Shown: in pieces, positions 19,516-28,486 of the stretch
Numbering within the stretch: the stretch's first letter is position 1
How the letters are laid out: each line of letters starts with the position of its first letter
Sequence record: SRR2962707_4385
DNA length: 44,049 nt
Reading direction: 5' to 3' (one strand)
Position numbers and translations under genes: made by a program
The notes under the pieces: generated by a model
The model's database searches: none
What the model was told of the DNA's origin: nothing
Seen by the model: only the letters and a program-made list of their open reading frames with translations

Positions 19516-22500
19516 CTACTTTCAGACCCGGAAGATATTTTGCTTAGCGAAGAGATGCCACTTAGTCGTGGCACCAAACTCGCAATTGCAATCAGTACAC
19601 TCACCATTGCGTTGAAGTCCTGAAAGAAATCCGGATTGCCAAGGAACAGGAATGCCAAAATACCTAAAAGTGAAAGACCTAACACAGCACTTACTGTACT
19701 CCAGGTTCCCTTTTCACGAACTTCTTTTTCCATTTTCAAGGCCTCTCCTTTTTTAATTATAGAAAGGACGAAATTGGTAAAGCTTTCATTCATGATTCGT
19801 AGCTCATCCTCATAAATAAGTAACCCCTTTTCAAGCAAACTCCTAATACCGTTCTTGTTATTTATATTAACGAAACGATCCTTTGCCAGATCATAAATAA
19901 TGTATTTTTCTTCTTTGGACAGGGTGTTCCAGAGACCTAAATAATAGCTTTCTGCAAGCAGTTGAATGCGTAAAATCAGATCCTCTTTGTCTATTTTACT
20001 TTCATCATTCCCAACATTCTCTTTCAGCTTCACAAAGTAGTCTTTCACACCCGGTAAAAGGTTAGGTAAAAAGCTCCCCTTATTTAACTCCATTCGGAAA
20101 AGCTGTTTGAACAAGTCGCTTTTAATCCATGATGGATCGAGATAACTGTTGATTTTACTGTTTTCTTTGATTGGGTTGTGGACAATTATAAACCCACCCA
20201 GAACATGCCTCCATGTTTCCAGCGCACAATTAAGTTCTTCCCTGGTTTCATCATCACCGTCAAAATTCGAAATCTTATTCTCATAAAAATTGGTAATAAA
20301 ACTCGGATGAACATTGGATGAAATGACCAGTTGCTGACCATGATGACTTGCGAGTTTCTCCAAAAGCTTTAGTCTTAACTTATTGATCTTATGAGAGCTT
20401 ACTCCGTATTCGAAATTTTCAATAATCACTCCATCAAAAAGCTTAAAGTTTACTGCTGATAGTTTATTCCATTCTTCCTCATTATTAGCAAGCATCATAT
20501 CCGCTTCATAAAAATTTCCTTCCAGCGTTTTGATTAGGTTGCTCTTATTGGACTTTGGTAGTCCCAATAGAAAAATCTGTCGTTGCTTATGGTGAGTTAT
20601 ACTATCATCACCTATGGAAATCCGCTTGAAGTTCTCAACGGTGAGAGGCAGGGTATTCTTGAAATTATTGTACTCTCTACCATAAATCTTATTTACACAA
20701 TAATCAATGAGGACATAAACACCAACCAGAATGAGCAAGACAGTGAAAAAGAAAAATGAACTGTATTGCCTTACTCCTTCTTCAATTGATTCCTGTCGCT
20801 GACCAAAAGACAGTAGACTGGGCCGGCTCACGATGGTTATCTGCTCATGATCCTGTCTGCTTTTTGGTCCAAAATTATCCATGTAAACCAGCTGCATTCG
20901 GGATTTATCCAAATCATTAGGGAAACACCATTTTCTATTTTTTTCCTGCGATAGATCATACGCAAGTCCCTTGCTTTCAATAATTAAATCACTGTAATGT
21001 GGTCTTAATTTAGAAAGCAGATGATCAGAGTTACTAATGTTGTCATTGCAGAATTGATAGGCAGAACCTGAACTTACATTTAGTTCTGAGTTTAAAAAAT
21101 ACATGCCGCTATCCAGCTTGGAATTGAAAAATGTCTCCCGAATATCCTTCACATTTACCAAAGCGTCCAACCGGTCATCAATGACTCGTACCTTCTGTTT
21201 GTATTGTTCAGCAATTTTCAATTGGTTGTACTTATGCCAAATAACCTCCTCCTCATTGTGGGCAACCATAAAAATGAAGAAGATCGGCAGCACGCTACTA
21301 ATAAGCAGCCAGCTGAAAAGGAAAATATTATAAGAATGGTACTGAAGTATACTTTGGATAAACTTGAAATTTGGCAATCCTATTTTTCCGTTACTAACAG
21401 CCTCCTCAAAGAACTTATTAGAGAGTAAAAACACAATCAATAATGATTGATAAACGATCCACCACCAGGACATACTAAAAAACGAAATGTAACTCCAATC
21501 TGCTGCGACAATAAACAGTAGAAAAGCGATATTGAAATTTCTTCGTTCGGTCGTTTTATCCGTATAGCGCGTAATTTTATTAGGTGACAACCAAATAAAG
21601 CTAATCAAAAACAGGTAAGCGTTAGTTATTACGAAATTGAAAAGAATATCTGCCTCATGAACACTCGGAATGGCTATCATGATCAATAGTAGCGCACCGA
21701 TAAAAAGAAACAGCAAAAACAAGAATTGGTATTCCTTTGATTTACCTTCTTCTGGCTTCATCCAGTGAAGTAAGAATGTATCAATCCTAAGCTTAGACCT
21801 TCGCTTTTGAATCAGGTTTAGAATGATCATCATCAGGCAAACTGCAGCGAAAGAACCGAAAAGAAGTATGATAGAGATACTAACAACTCCTTGTATTTCG
21901 GCATTTCGATATTCATTATCATAAAAAGTCACCAGGTACAACGGCATTGAATTGATCGGCTGGATATATGAACGATGATTGACATTTCTGTATTTAATAT
22001 CCGCCCAGGATGCCACCCTGGTATACATGGCTGCCCGGATATCTCCATCATTGTTTGTTTCTTCCAAAAAATTCTCCTGTAAAACTCGATCTTTAAGATT
22101 ATGAAATTTTACAATCCCATCAGTATCAATGATTGCAAAACCATAGCCAATGGGAAGGATCGCATCCGTCACTGATCCTAACTGACTCGTCATGGCCAAA
22201 ACTGGCATGTCTTCTCCTATATCAGAAGGAATGGACACTGCTGCCTCTCGAGTAAAATCACTCCAGGAAACAATGGATTGCAAGTAAAAATTGAAACTGC
22301 TATCCTTTTCGAGACTATACTTTTGAACAGCAGTCAGGCTATCAAAACGAAGCTTCCACATCTTGTCTTCGACAATATTTTTGAAGTACTCCCGCTCACT
22401 TACGTCAACGGTTGACGCTTTCATATTTAAAAGCGTTCTCTGAAAATCGTAAGATGTGTTTCCGTCCTTCTCAATCCAAAAGATATGGTTGAATTCATTG

Positions 22501-23861
22501 TACCTGGACACATCAAAATTCTTAAGGACGGTGGTATCTGGTAAATCGGTATTCTTTGAAATCGCTAAATCCAGTTCATTTAGCAGGTTTACCATGGTAT
22601 ATATTTCCCTTACAAAACTGCCTTCTATCTTTTCTGATAAGTCCTCAAGGTTATGGTCTATTTCTTGGTTTCCCTTGATCACAAACTCATACAAATTGAA
22701 AATAATGAGCAGTACCATGGGTATACCCAGCACCAAAGAACCACCGACCATCAAAACATTTCGGATATGAAGCCGCTCAATGGGACTCATCAACACTAGT
22801 TTGAGCATTGGCATGGAAATAACCAGGAGCAACACAAGAAGTATCGCCAGAACCAATAAAAACACCTCTACCTTTTGAGATTCTTTTTTGAAAACAGATG
22901 ACTTGACAAAACCACCAAGAAAGTAGGTTTCATCGTTGATTTTCATCCGATGGAACATCAGTTTATAACCTTCATTAAAGAGTTCTACATGTACAGGCTT
23001 AATCATCCTTGGACCCATGGAGATATTCAGAGAATCCGCATTGCCATTTTTGGTACCTTTTATCTGGAGCGTCGGACTGATGGAAACCAGATCGATGGGA
23101 TTATTAAAAGTTTGGTAGATAATTGAATAACTAAATGGATCACCCAACTCCTTTACACCGGAATAATCTTCCTTTAGAAGCACATATTCATCAAAAAACC
23201 CATTGACCAAAACATCTTTGATAAACGTGTTTGCACCTTCACTAAAAGATATGGTCTCTCCTTCATCACCCTTTATATTCCATGCGAAATCATTTTGACG
23301 ATAGAGCAAGTCGTCCTTGGAGTAGTAATTGTCACTTTTATCGTAGTAATAGTTAAATGCTACGTTTCTGGGAGCCGAAGATTGGAGAATTTCAATAATC
23401 CTGTTATTAGCTCTATCACTAAAGCTTGACTGTAGTTTATTGATTTGCTCCTGATATAGGTCAATTCTCTTATCAATCGCTCTTACCAACCTATCAGTTT
23501 CAGCCGGATTACGGAAATAACTGAGTTTGCTTTGTAAAATCCTGGAAGAATCATTCAGAGCGATGACCTGATCCTGATACCAATTAATTGTGGATTGTTG
23601 CTTTTGCCCCTCATTCAGAATGGACTGTATATCTCCCTTTACAGTTTTGTAGATATAAGCGAGGTAATTCTGATATCCGGAATATTTGTTCTTAATATTC
23701 TCACTCTTTCTGTCTAATACACGGTATGCACGATCAATGAATCTCGATTCACTGGTTTTTACATAGACGAGAAAATAGTAAGCAAAAGCAGCAAGTATTA
23801 GCAACAGGGTCGTGAAAAGAATACCATTCCTACGGCCCACTTTAGGTAGTGAAAAGGTCAT
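19512..23861 (-). CDS. Large multi-pass membrane protein with Cache-like extracytoplasmic domains and a degenerate cytoplasmic P-loop NTPase-like domain; function unknown
   Basis: 1449-aa ORF with about 12 hydrophobic segments. dCache-like motifs VDVSEREYF (aa 485) and GYGFAIIDTDGIVKFH (aa 572). Walker-A-like IFLL-GLPKSNKS (G1100) and Walker-B-like DGVIIENFE (aa 1143). The stop overlaps the tkt stop by 4 bp. Confidence 0.8.
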   Translation of the reverse strand: MTFSLPKVGRRNGILFTTLLLILAAFAYYFLVYVKTSESRFIDRAYRVLDRKSENIKNKYSGYQNYLAYIYKTVKGDIQSILNEGQKQQSTINWYQDQVIALNDSSRILQSKLSYFRNPAETDRLVRAIDKRIDLYQEQINKLQSSFSDRANNRIIEILQSSAPRNVAFNYYYDKSDNYYSKDDLLYRQNDFAWNIKGDEGETISFSEGANTFIKDVLVNGFFDEYVLLKEDYSGVKELGDPFSYSIIYQTFNNPIDLVSISPTLQIKGTKNGNADSLNISMGPRMIKPVHVELFNEGYKLMFHRMKINDETYFLGGFVKSSVFKKESQKVEVFLLVLAILLVLLLVISMPMLKLVLMSPIERLHIRNVLMVGGSLVLGIPMVLLIIFNLYEFVIKGNQEIDHNLEDLSEKIEGSFVREIYTMVNLLNELDLAISKNTDLPDTTVLKNFDVSRYNEFNHIFWIEKDGNTSYDFQRTLLNMKASTVDVSEREYFKNIVEDKMWKLRFDSLTAVQKYSLEKDSSFNFYLQSIVSWSDFTREAAVSIPSDIGEDMPVLAMTSQLGSVTDAILPIGYGFAIIDTDGIVKFHNLKDRVLQENFLEETNNDGDIRAAMYTRVASWADIKYRNVNHRSYIQPINSMPLYLVTFYDNEYRNAEIQGVVSISIILLFGSFAAVCLMMIILNLIQKRRSKLRIDTFLLHWMKPEEGKSKEYQFLFLLFLFIGALLLIMIAIPSVHEADILFNFVITNAYLFLISFIWLSPNKITRYTDKTTERRNFNIAFLLFIVAADWSYISFFSMSWWWIVYQSLLIVFLLSNKFFEEAVSNGKIGLPNFKFIQSILQYHSYNIFLFSWLLISSVLPIFFIFMVAHNEEEVIWHKYNQLKIAEQYKQKVRVIDDRLDALVNVKDIRETFFNSKLDSGMYFLNSELNVSSGSAYQFCNDNISNSDHLLSKLRPHYSDLIIESKGLAYDLSQEKNRKWCFPNDLDKSRMQLVYMDNFGPKSRQDHEQITIVSRPSLLSFGQRQESIEEGVRQYSSFFFFTVLLILVGVYVLIDYCVNKIYGREYNNFKNTLPLTVENFKRISIGDDSITHHKQRQIFLLGLPKSNKSNLIKTLEGNFYEADMMLANNEEEWNKLSAVNFKLFDGVIIENFEYGVSSHKINKLRLKLLEKLASHHGQQLVISSNVHPSFITNFYENKISNFDGDDETREELNCALETWRHVLGGFIIVHNPIKENSKINSYLDPSWIKSDLFKQLFRMELNKGSFLPNLLPGVKDYFVKLKENVGNDESKIDKEDLILRIQLLAESYYLGLWNTLSKEEKYIIYDLAKDRFVNINNKNGIRSLLEKGLLIYEDELRIMNESFTNFVLSIIKKGEALKMEKEVREKGTWSTVSAVLGLSLLGILAFLFLGNPDFFQDFNAMVSVLIAIASLVPRLSGISSLSKISSGSESS

Positions 23862-23999
23862 TTTCGATTAGGTAATAGTGAGTATAGATAGTAATATAAA
23901 GATTATCAAACCTAACTAAAAGACACGCTCCCAATTTCTTCTTAAAATGAAATCAGATGAGCAAATAGTGAAATAGCATGCATTGTGCATCTTTGCGAT

Positions 24000-25193
24000 A
24001 TGCTTTCAAACAGACAGCTTTTTCTCAATCACCTGGCACAAACATCCGACGCTCCTCTCATGCTGGAAATGGTATCCGCTGATGGGGTCTATATGACTGA
24101 TGTGGAAGGAAAAAAATACCTTGATCTAATATCTGGGATTGGGGTCTCCAATGTAGGTCATCGACACCCTAACGTCGTAAAGGCAATCAAAGAGCAGGTA
24201 GACAAGCACCTTCATGTGATGGTTTATGGAGAATTTGTTCAAAGCCCTCAAGTTAGGCTTGCTGAAGAGCTTATAAAAACGCTACCAAACACTTTAGATT
24301 CGGTCTACCTTGTAAATTCAGGAAGTGAAGCCATTGAAGGGGCTATGAAGCTCGCTAAAAGGTATACTGGTCGATCCAATCTCATCGCTTGTAAAGATGC
24401 TTATCACGGATCCTCCCATGGGGCGCTTTCACTGACAGGCAGTGAAGACTTCAAGCAAAACTACCGCCCGCTTTTACCCGGCATTTCTCATGTCAATTTT
24501 GGTGATATTGAGTCATTAAATCTCATTGATGACGGAACCGCTGCAATCGTAATTGAAACCGTGCAGGGAGAAGCTGGTGTAAGACATGCGGACAGTTCCT
24601 ACTGGAAAGCTTTACGAGAGAAGTGCGATGAAACCGGGACACTATTGATTCTGGATGAAATACAGTGCGGATTTGGCAGGACAGGGAAGTTATGGGCTTT
24701 TGAGCATTATGGTATTGAACCGGACGTTTTAGTCAGTGCCAAAGGAATGGGGGGTGGCATGCCCATTGGATGCTTTATTTCGTCCAAAGAAATCATGGGC
24801 GTATTTACCAATAACCCGGTACTGGGCCACATATCTACATTCGGTGGACATCCCGTATCAAGTGCAGCCTCACTGGCAACACTTAAGACCATTCAAAAAG
24901 AGAATCTACTTCAAGATGTTGCAAACAAAGAAAAAATCTTTCACGACCTTCTCAAGCATCCTGAAATCAAAGCAGTGAGAAGCAAAGGACTGATGATGGC
25001 AGTAGAATTTGAGTCCTATGATGTACTAAAACCAATCATAGACCGAGCGATTGAATTGGGCGTGGTGACGGATTGGTTCTTATTTAACGATAGGTCTATG
25101 CGAATAGCTCCGCCACTTATCATTACAGAAGAAGAAATAAAAAAAGCCTGCAAAATCATTCTGCAGGCCATTCATGATGTGATGGGTAGCTGA
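24000..25193 (+). CDS. Class III PLP-dependent aminotransferase (ArgD/ornithine aminotransferase-like)
   Basis: YLDLISGIGV..GHRHP, NSGSEAIEGAMK, AYHG, ETVQGEAG, LDEIQCGFGRTG, PLP lysine in AKGMGGG, STFGGHP and RIAPPL. ATG 24000 is preferred over GTG 23985. Confidence 0.9.
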   Translation: MLSNRQLFLNHLAQTSDAPLMLEMVSADGVYMTDVEGKKYLDLISGIGVSNVGHRHPNVVKAIKEQVDKHLHVMVYGEFVQSPQVRLAEELIKTLPNTLDSVYLVNSGSEAIEGAMKLAKRYTGRSNLIACKDAYHGSSHGALSLTGSEDFKQNYRPLLPGISHVNFGDIESLNLIDDGTAAIVIETVQGEAGVRHADSSYWKALREKCDETGTLLILDEIQCGFGRTGKLWAFEHYGIEPDVLVSAKGMGGGMPIGCFISSKEIMGVFTNNPVLGHISTFGGHPVSSAASLATLKTIQKENLLQDVANKEKIFHDLLKHPEIKAVRSKGLMMAVEFESYDVLKPIIDRAIELGVVTDWFLFNDRSMRIAPPLIITEEEIKKACKIILQAIHDVMGS

Positions 25194-26372
25194 TTAAATC
25201 AGTTGATTCAAATCGAGCATAAAGGTCCTCTCCTCTCCCATTTGCAATACGGTCAATTTCACTTGCTCATTTGTTTTTTCTAAAAGCGCACGGAGTTGAG
25301 GGAGCGTATAATCGTCAACACTTTTATCATTCACTTTTAAGATTTCAGCTTCTGGTGAAATACCGGCCTTATCCGCCGGGCTATCATCGTAAACCCTATG
25401 AACAAGCACCTTACTCATATCTTTATTCAATTGCAGATATATGCCACTGGCATTGACAGTGATCATATCATCAAAGGCTTTGTTCTTTGAGAAATAAATC
25501 TTTTTCTGTGAATAATCGAAGGTGATATTGAACTTCTTTAATAGCTTATTTCCCATAATCCCAGCCACTTTTTTGTTATTCTGTATTCCGTGACGTGCCG
25601 TACTGATACCAACAGGCATCTCTGAAAAATCAAATCCACCTAAACTAAAATTCTGAACTCTACCTTCGTAATGCATAGTCTCATCATCGCTTAGCCCTGC
25701 TACCGGATATGAAAAATGATCCCCTGTTCGTTCGATGATATCATTCTTATCAGCAAACCTGGTATTAAAATCCATGGTTGTTCCTGCACCTGTATTTATG
25801 AAGAATTCACCGGTCAGGGTTTCACCATCATTTAATGTCACCTTAGCTTCAATATGTGGAATGTAATTATCCAACTTAAATTCAAATTCCTCTCCACTGC
25901 CATCATGCTTATATGTATCCTGGTCGTATAGCTCGAACATTCCCTTATCATAATCCAACTTCACTACATAGTGGTGTAGTAAATCATAACCAATTATTCC
26001 ATCAATATTCTTTCCAATGCTCATCTCCAGGTGCCTCAGACTTGTTGCATAGAGTTGGATATCCTTCTCCAACTCTATCCCGTTCAACTCAATCGTATTA
26101 TGATCAATAAGTGCTCCTTTCACGGCACCTTGCGCGCTGGTTTTAGAGGCTTTATGGTTTAAATCCAAACCTAGCTCATTTGCTACGTCCAAGTCAATAA
26201 CCGGCAATCCGTCTCCGGTATCAAAAATGAAATCCAAAGGCTCAGAACCATCCACACTCAACTGAATAAACAAGTGATCCCCAAACAGCTGCATCTTCGT
26301 AGATGTAATTGGTGTTTGCGCCTGGATTGATATTGAAATAAGGAAAAGAGAGGCAGTAAGAAATTTTTTCAT
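25194..26372 (-). CDS. Two-lobed retropepsin-like aspartic protease family protein with a C-terminal PDZ domain
   Basis: Signal peptide. Lobe 1 FIFDTG..DGIIGYDLL; lobe 2 FFINTGA..AGIMGNKLL. PDZ SGIYL..V.DDSPADKAGI..ILKVN. Confidence 0.85.
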   Translation of the reverse strand: MKKFLTASLFLISISIQAQTPITSTKMQLFGDHLFIQLSVDGSEPLDFIFDTGDGLPVIDLDVANELGLDLNHKASKTSAQGAVKGALIDHNTIELNGIELEKDIQLYATSLRHLEMSIGKNIDGIIGYDLLHHYVVKLDYDKGMFELYDQDTYKHDGSGEEFEFKLDNYIPHIEAKVTLNDGETLTGEFFINTGAGTTMDFNTRFADKNDIIERTGDHFSYPVAGLSDDETMHYEGRVQNFSLGGFDFSEMPVGISTARHGIQNNKKVAGIMGNKLLKKFNITFDYSQKKIYFSKNKAFDDMITVNASGIYLQLNKDMSKVLVHRVYDDSPADKAGISPEAEILKVNDKSVDDYTLPQLRALLEKTNEQVKLTVLQMGEERTFMLDLNQLI

Positions 26373-26449
26373 TGTGATTTGAAGTCTAATTAATTTCAGG
26401 TCAATTTAGAGATTATTCAAAATAGAACCATAAAAAATAGATATACGCT

Positions 26450-27268
26450 ATGCAAATGATAGAAAAAGTAAGTGCTGCTGTCAAGTTCCTTCAGGAAAAG
26501 GGATGTGAAAATCCGGAGGTAGGGATCATCCTCGGCACGGGTCTTGGAGCACTTACCGATGAGATTGAAATAGAAAAGGAATTTGTATATGCCAATATCC
26601 CACACTTTCCAATAGCAACTGTTGAATTTCACAGGGGGAAGTTGATCTATGGAAAACTGGAAGGCAAAACAGTTGTCGCGATGCAAGGACGGTTTCACTA
26701 CTATGAAGGACATAGTATGGATCAGGTAGTCTTCCCTGTCCGGGTCATGCAAAAGATGGGCATAAAGAAATTGATCATTTCCAATGCAGGCGGATGCATG
26801 AATTTAGATTGGAAAAAAGGGGAGTTGATGCTCATAGAAGATCACATAAACCTCCAACCTGACAACCCTTTGAGAGGCTATGAAGCAGCTGCTTTTGGAC
26901 AGATTTTCACAGATATGAGTCGCCCATATGATGCGGAGGTTAATGAGAAGCTATTAAAAATTGCCAGCGAGAATGGCGTTAAACTCAATAAGGGAGTGTA
27001 TGTATCTGTCGTAGGCCCAAGCCTGGAAACCAGAGCTGAATATCGTTTCTTGAGAATGATTGGAGCAGATGTTGTAGGGATGAGTACCGTACCCGAGGTT
27101 ATTGCTGCTAATCAAATGGGCTTACCAGTTGCAGCTATCTCCGTTTTAACAGACGACTGTGATCCCGATAATCTAGAACCGATCGATATCGAAGATATTA
27201 TTGCAACTGCAAAGAGCGCGGAGAGAGACCTGGTAATATTACTTAAAGAGTTGATGCTAAGGCTTTAG
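26450..27268 (+). CDS. punA: Purine nucleoside phosphorylase (trimeric PNP/MTAP family)
   Basis: GIILGTGLG, QGRFHYYEG, SNAGG, DHIN, GPSLETRAE and GADVVGMSTVPEV. Confidence 0.9.
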   Translation: MQMIEKVSAAVKFLQEKGCENPEVGIILGTGLGALTDEIEIEKEFVYANIPHFPIATVEFHRGKLIYGKLEGKTVVAMQGRFHYYEGHSMDQVVFPVRVMQKMGIKKLIISNAGGCMNLDWKKGELMLIEDHINLQPDNPLRGYEAAAFGQIFTDMSRPYDAEVNEKLLKIASENGVKLNKGVYVSVVGPSLETRAEYRFLRMIGADVVGMSTVPEVIAANQMGLPVAAISVLTDDCDPDNLEPIDIEDIIATAKSAERDLVILLKELMLRL

Positions 27269-27271
27269 CAA

Positions 27272-27502
27272 TCAACCTTTAACCTCTGCATTTTTCACTT
27301 GAACGATTAGTTCTGCGAGAGTCGGATCAGATTTGCCCAGCGTTTCTGTAAAAGGCCAGGGCTCCTCCATATTAATCTCATCAAACTGAGGCTTCTCAAC
27401 GTTTTTTATTTGTTGCATCTCTCTTTGAGCAGACCTACCCTCTGTTTTAATACGGGCACTGCAAAAAACAAATAGTGCCATGACAAGTAGTAAGATCCTC
27501 AT
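27272..27502 (-). CDS. Small hypothetical exported protein (76 aa)
   Basis: ATG start, signal-peptide-like MRILLLVMALFVFCSA and a charged mature part. A -7-like TACTTTAG lies at 27533-27540 on the minus strand. The stop is 3 bp from the convergent PNP stop. Confidence 0.6.
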   Translation of the reverse strand: MRILLLVMALFVFCSARIKTEGRSAQREMQQIKNVEKPQFDEINMEEPWPFTETLGKSDPTLAELIVQVKNAEVKG

Positions 27503-27559
27503 ACGTTGATATTGAATTGATTTATTTAGTAGCTAAAGTATGATGGATCGAAACCAAAG

Positions 27560-27583
27560 TAAATACCTAAAAAATGGTATTTA
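27560..27583. promoter_or_regulatory. Palindromic operator-like site 1 (TACC-N8-GGTA)
   Basis: TAAATACC-taaaaaat-GGTATTTA is an 8-bp inverted repeat. The same core recurs at 27675-27693. Confidence 0.45.
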
Positions 27584-27674
27584 TTGATTCTGGTTTTTAC
27601 TGATGATAATCTAAGAAGTGCAACTACAATTGGTGGAAAAATTTTATCAATTGATAATAAATCGCCAATAACGC

Positions 27675-27693
27675 TACCCTATTTTGGGTATTT
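27675..27693. promoter_or_regulatory. Palindromic operator-like site 2 (TACC-N8-GGTA)
   Basis: TACCC-tatttt-GGGTA-TTT has the same 16-bp geometry and trailing TTT as site 1. Confidence 0.45.
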
Positions 27694-27823
27694 TTCAAAA
27701 AATTCTATTGAATCATTATTCAGAAATGAATCAAAGTGATTAACCTCGAATCATCATTGGTTAAAATATGATAAAGGAGGTCCTTACCTCTTGTTTCAAA
27801 GAGCTATCTAAGGATAGTTGGTT

Positions 27824-27867
27824 GGGTCCGACGCTAAACTCTAAAAGGTACAGGTCGGGCCTTTTTT
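27824..27867 (+). terminator. Putative intrinsic terminator with no annotated upstream plus-strand gene
   Basis: GGGTCCGAC (27824-27832) pairs with GTCGGGCCT (27854-27862) using two G-U pairs and a 21-nt loop, and runs into a T6 tract. The G-U pairs work only on the plus strand. Confidence 0.5.
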
Positions 27868-27952
27868 GATTATTATGTCGTATATTCCAATAATGGTAGA
27901 GTTAATGGCCAATGGAATTGATTTTTAAATCGGTGTATTGGTATCTTTCAGT

Positions 27953-28486
27953 ATGAATCTGCGAAAAATGAAGCTCTTACCAATTACTATCATGACTATG
28001 ATGGTCTGTTCATGCATGAAGCCTGACCCAAACCTGAATGAGGAAACCGGTACCGATGAGTTGACCTCCCTTGAACTAGAAGATCCAATTAATAAGCTTG
28101 AAATGGCATATGAGGATATGATATATGTGCCTATTTATTCCGATATTTATTTAGATGCCAATAACCAAAAGACCTTACTCGCCGCTACTTTGAGCATCCG
28201 AAATACCAGCTACGGTGATTCTATCTTTATATCAAAAATTGACTATTACAATACTGATGGTAACCTGGTAAGAAAGTATTTAAAAAATCAAATCAGCCTT
28301 CCTCCCATGGCCACTGTCAACTATGTAATTGAGCGTGAAGATGATACCGGAGGATCCGGTGCTAATTTTATTGTGAAGCTAAGTGCAAAAAATGAAGATG
28401 TGAAGCCACTCATCCAAGCGGTTATGATTGGCCAGTATGGCAATAAAGGCTTTGCTTTTTCAACTGACGGATACTCGATAAAATAA
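27953..28486 (+). CDS. DUF3124 domain-containing lipoprotein
   Basis: Lipobox-like VCS-C. Motifs YVPIYSDIY, LAATLSIRNT, IDYYNTDG, DDTGGSGANFIV and PLIQAVMIG. The start could be 27953 or 27968. Confidence 0.85.
   Translation: MNLRKMKLLPITIMTMMVCSCMKPDPNLNEETGTDELTSLELEDPINKLEMAYEDMIYVPIYSDIYLDANNQKTLLAATLSIRNTSYGDSIFISKIDYYNTDGNLVRKYLKNQISLPPMATVNYVIEREDDTGGSGANFIVKLSAKNEDVKPLIQAVMIGQYGNKGFAFSTDGYSIK

Noticed and set aside
19512-25194. Convergent gene ends that overlap or abut with no terminator (tkt/1449-aa gene, 4-bp overlap; aminotransferase/protease, 0-bp gap)
   Set aside because: This is common in compact Bacteroidota genomes, and the sequence alone gives no evidence of antisense regulation.
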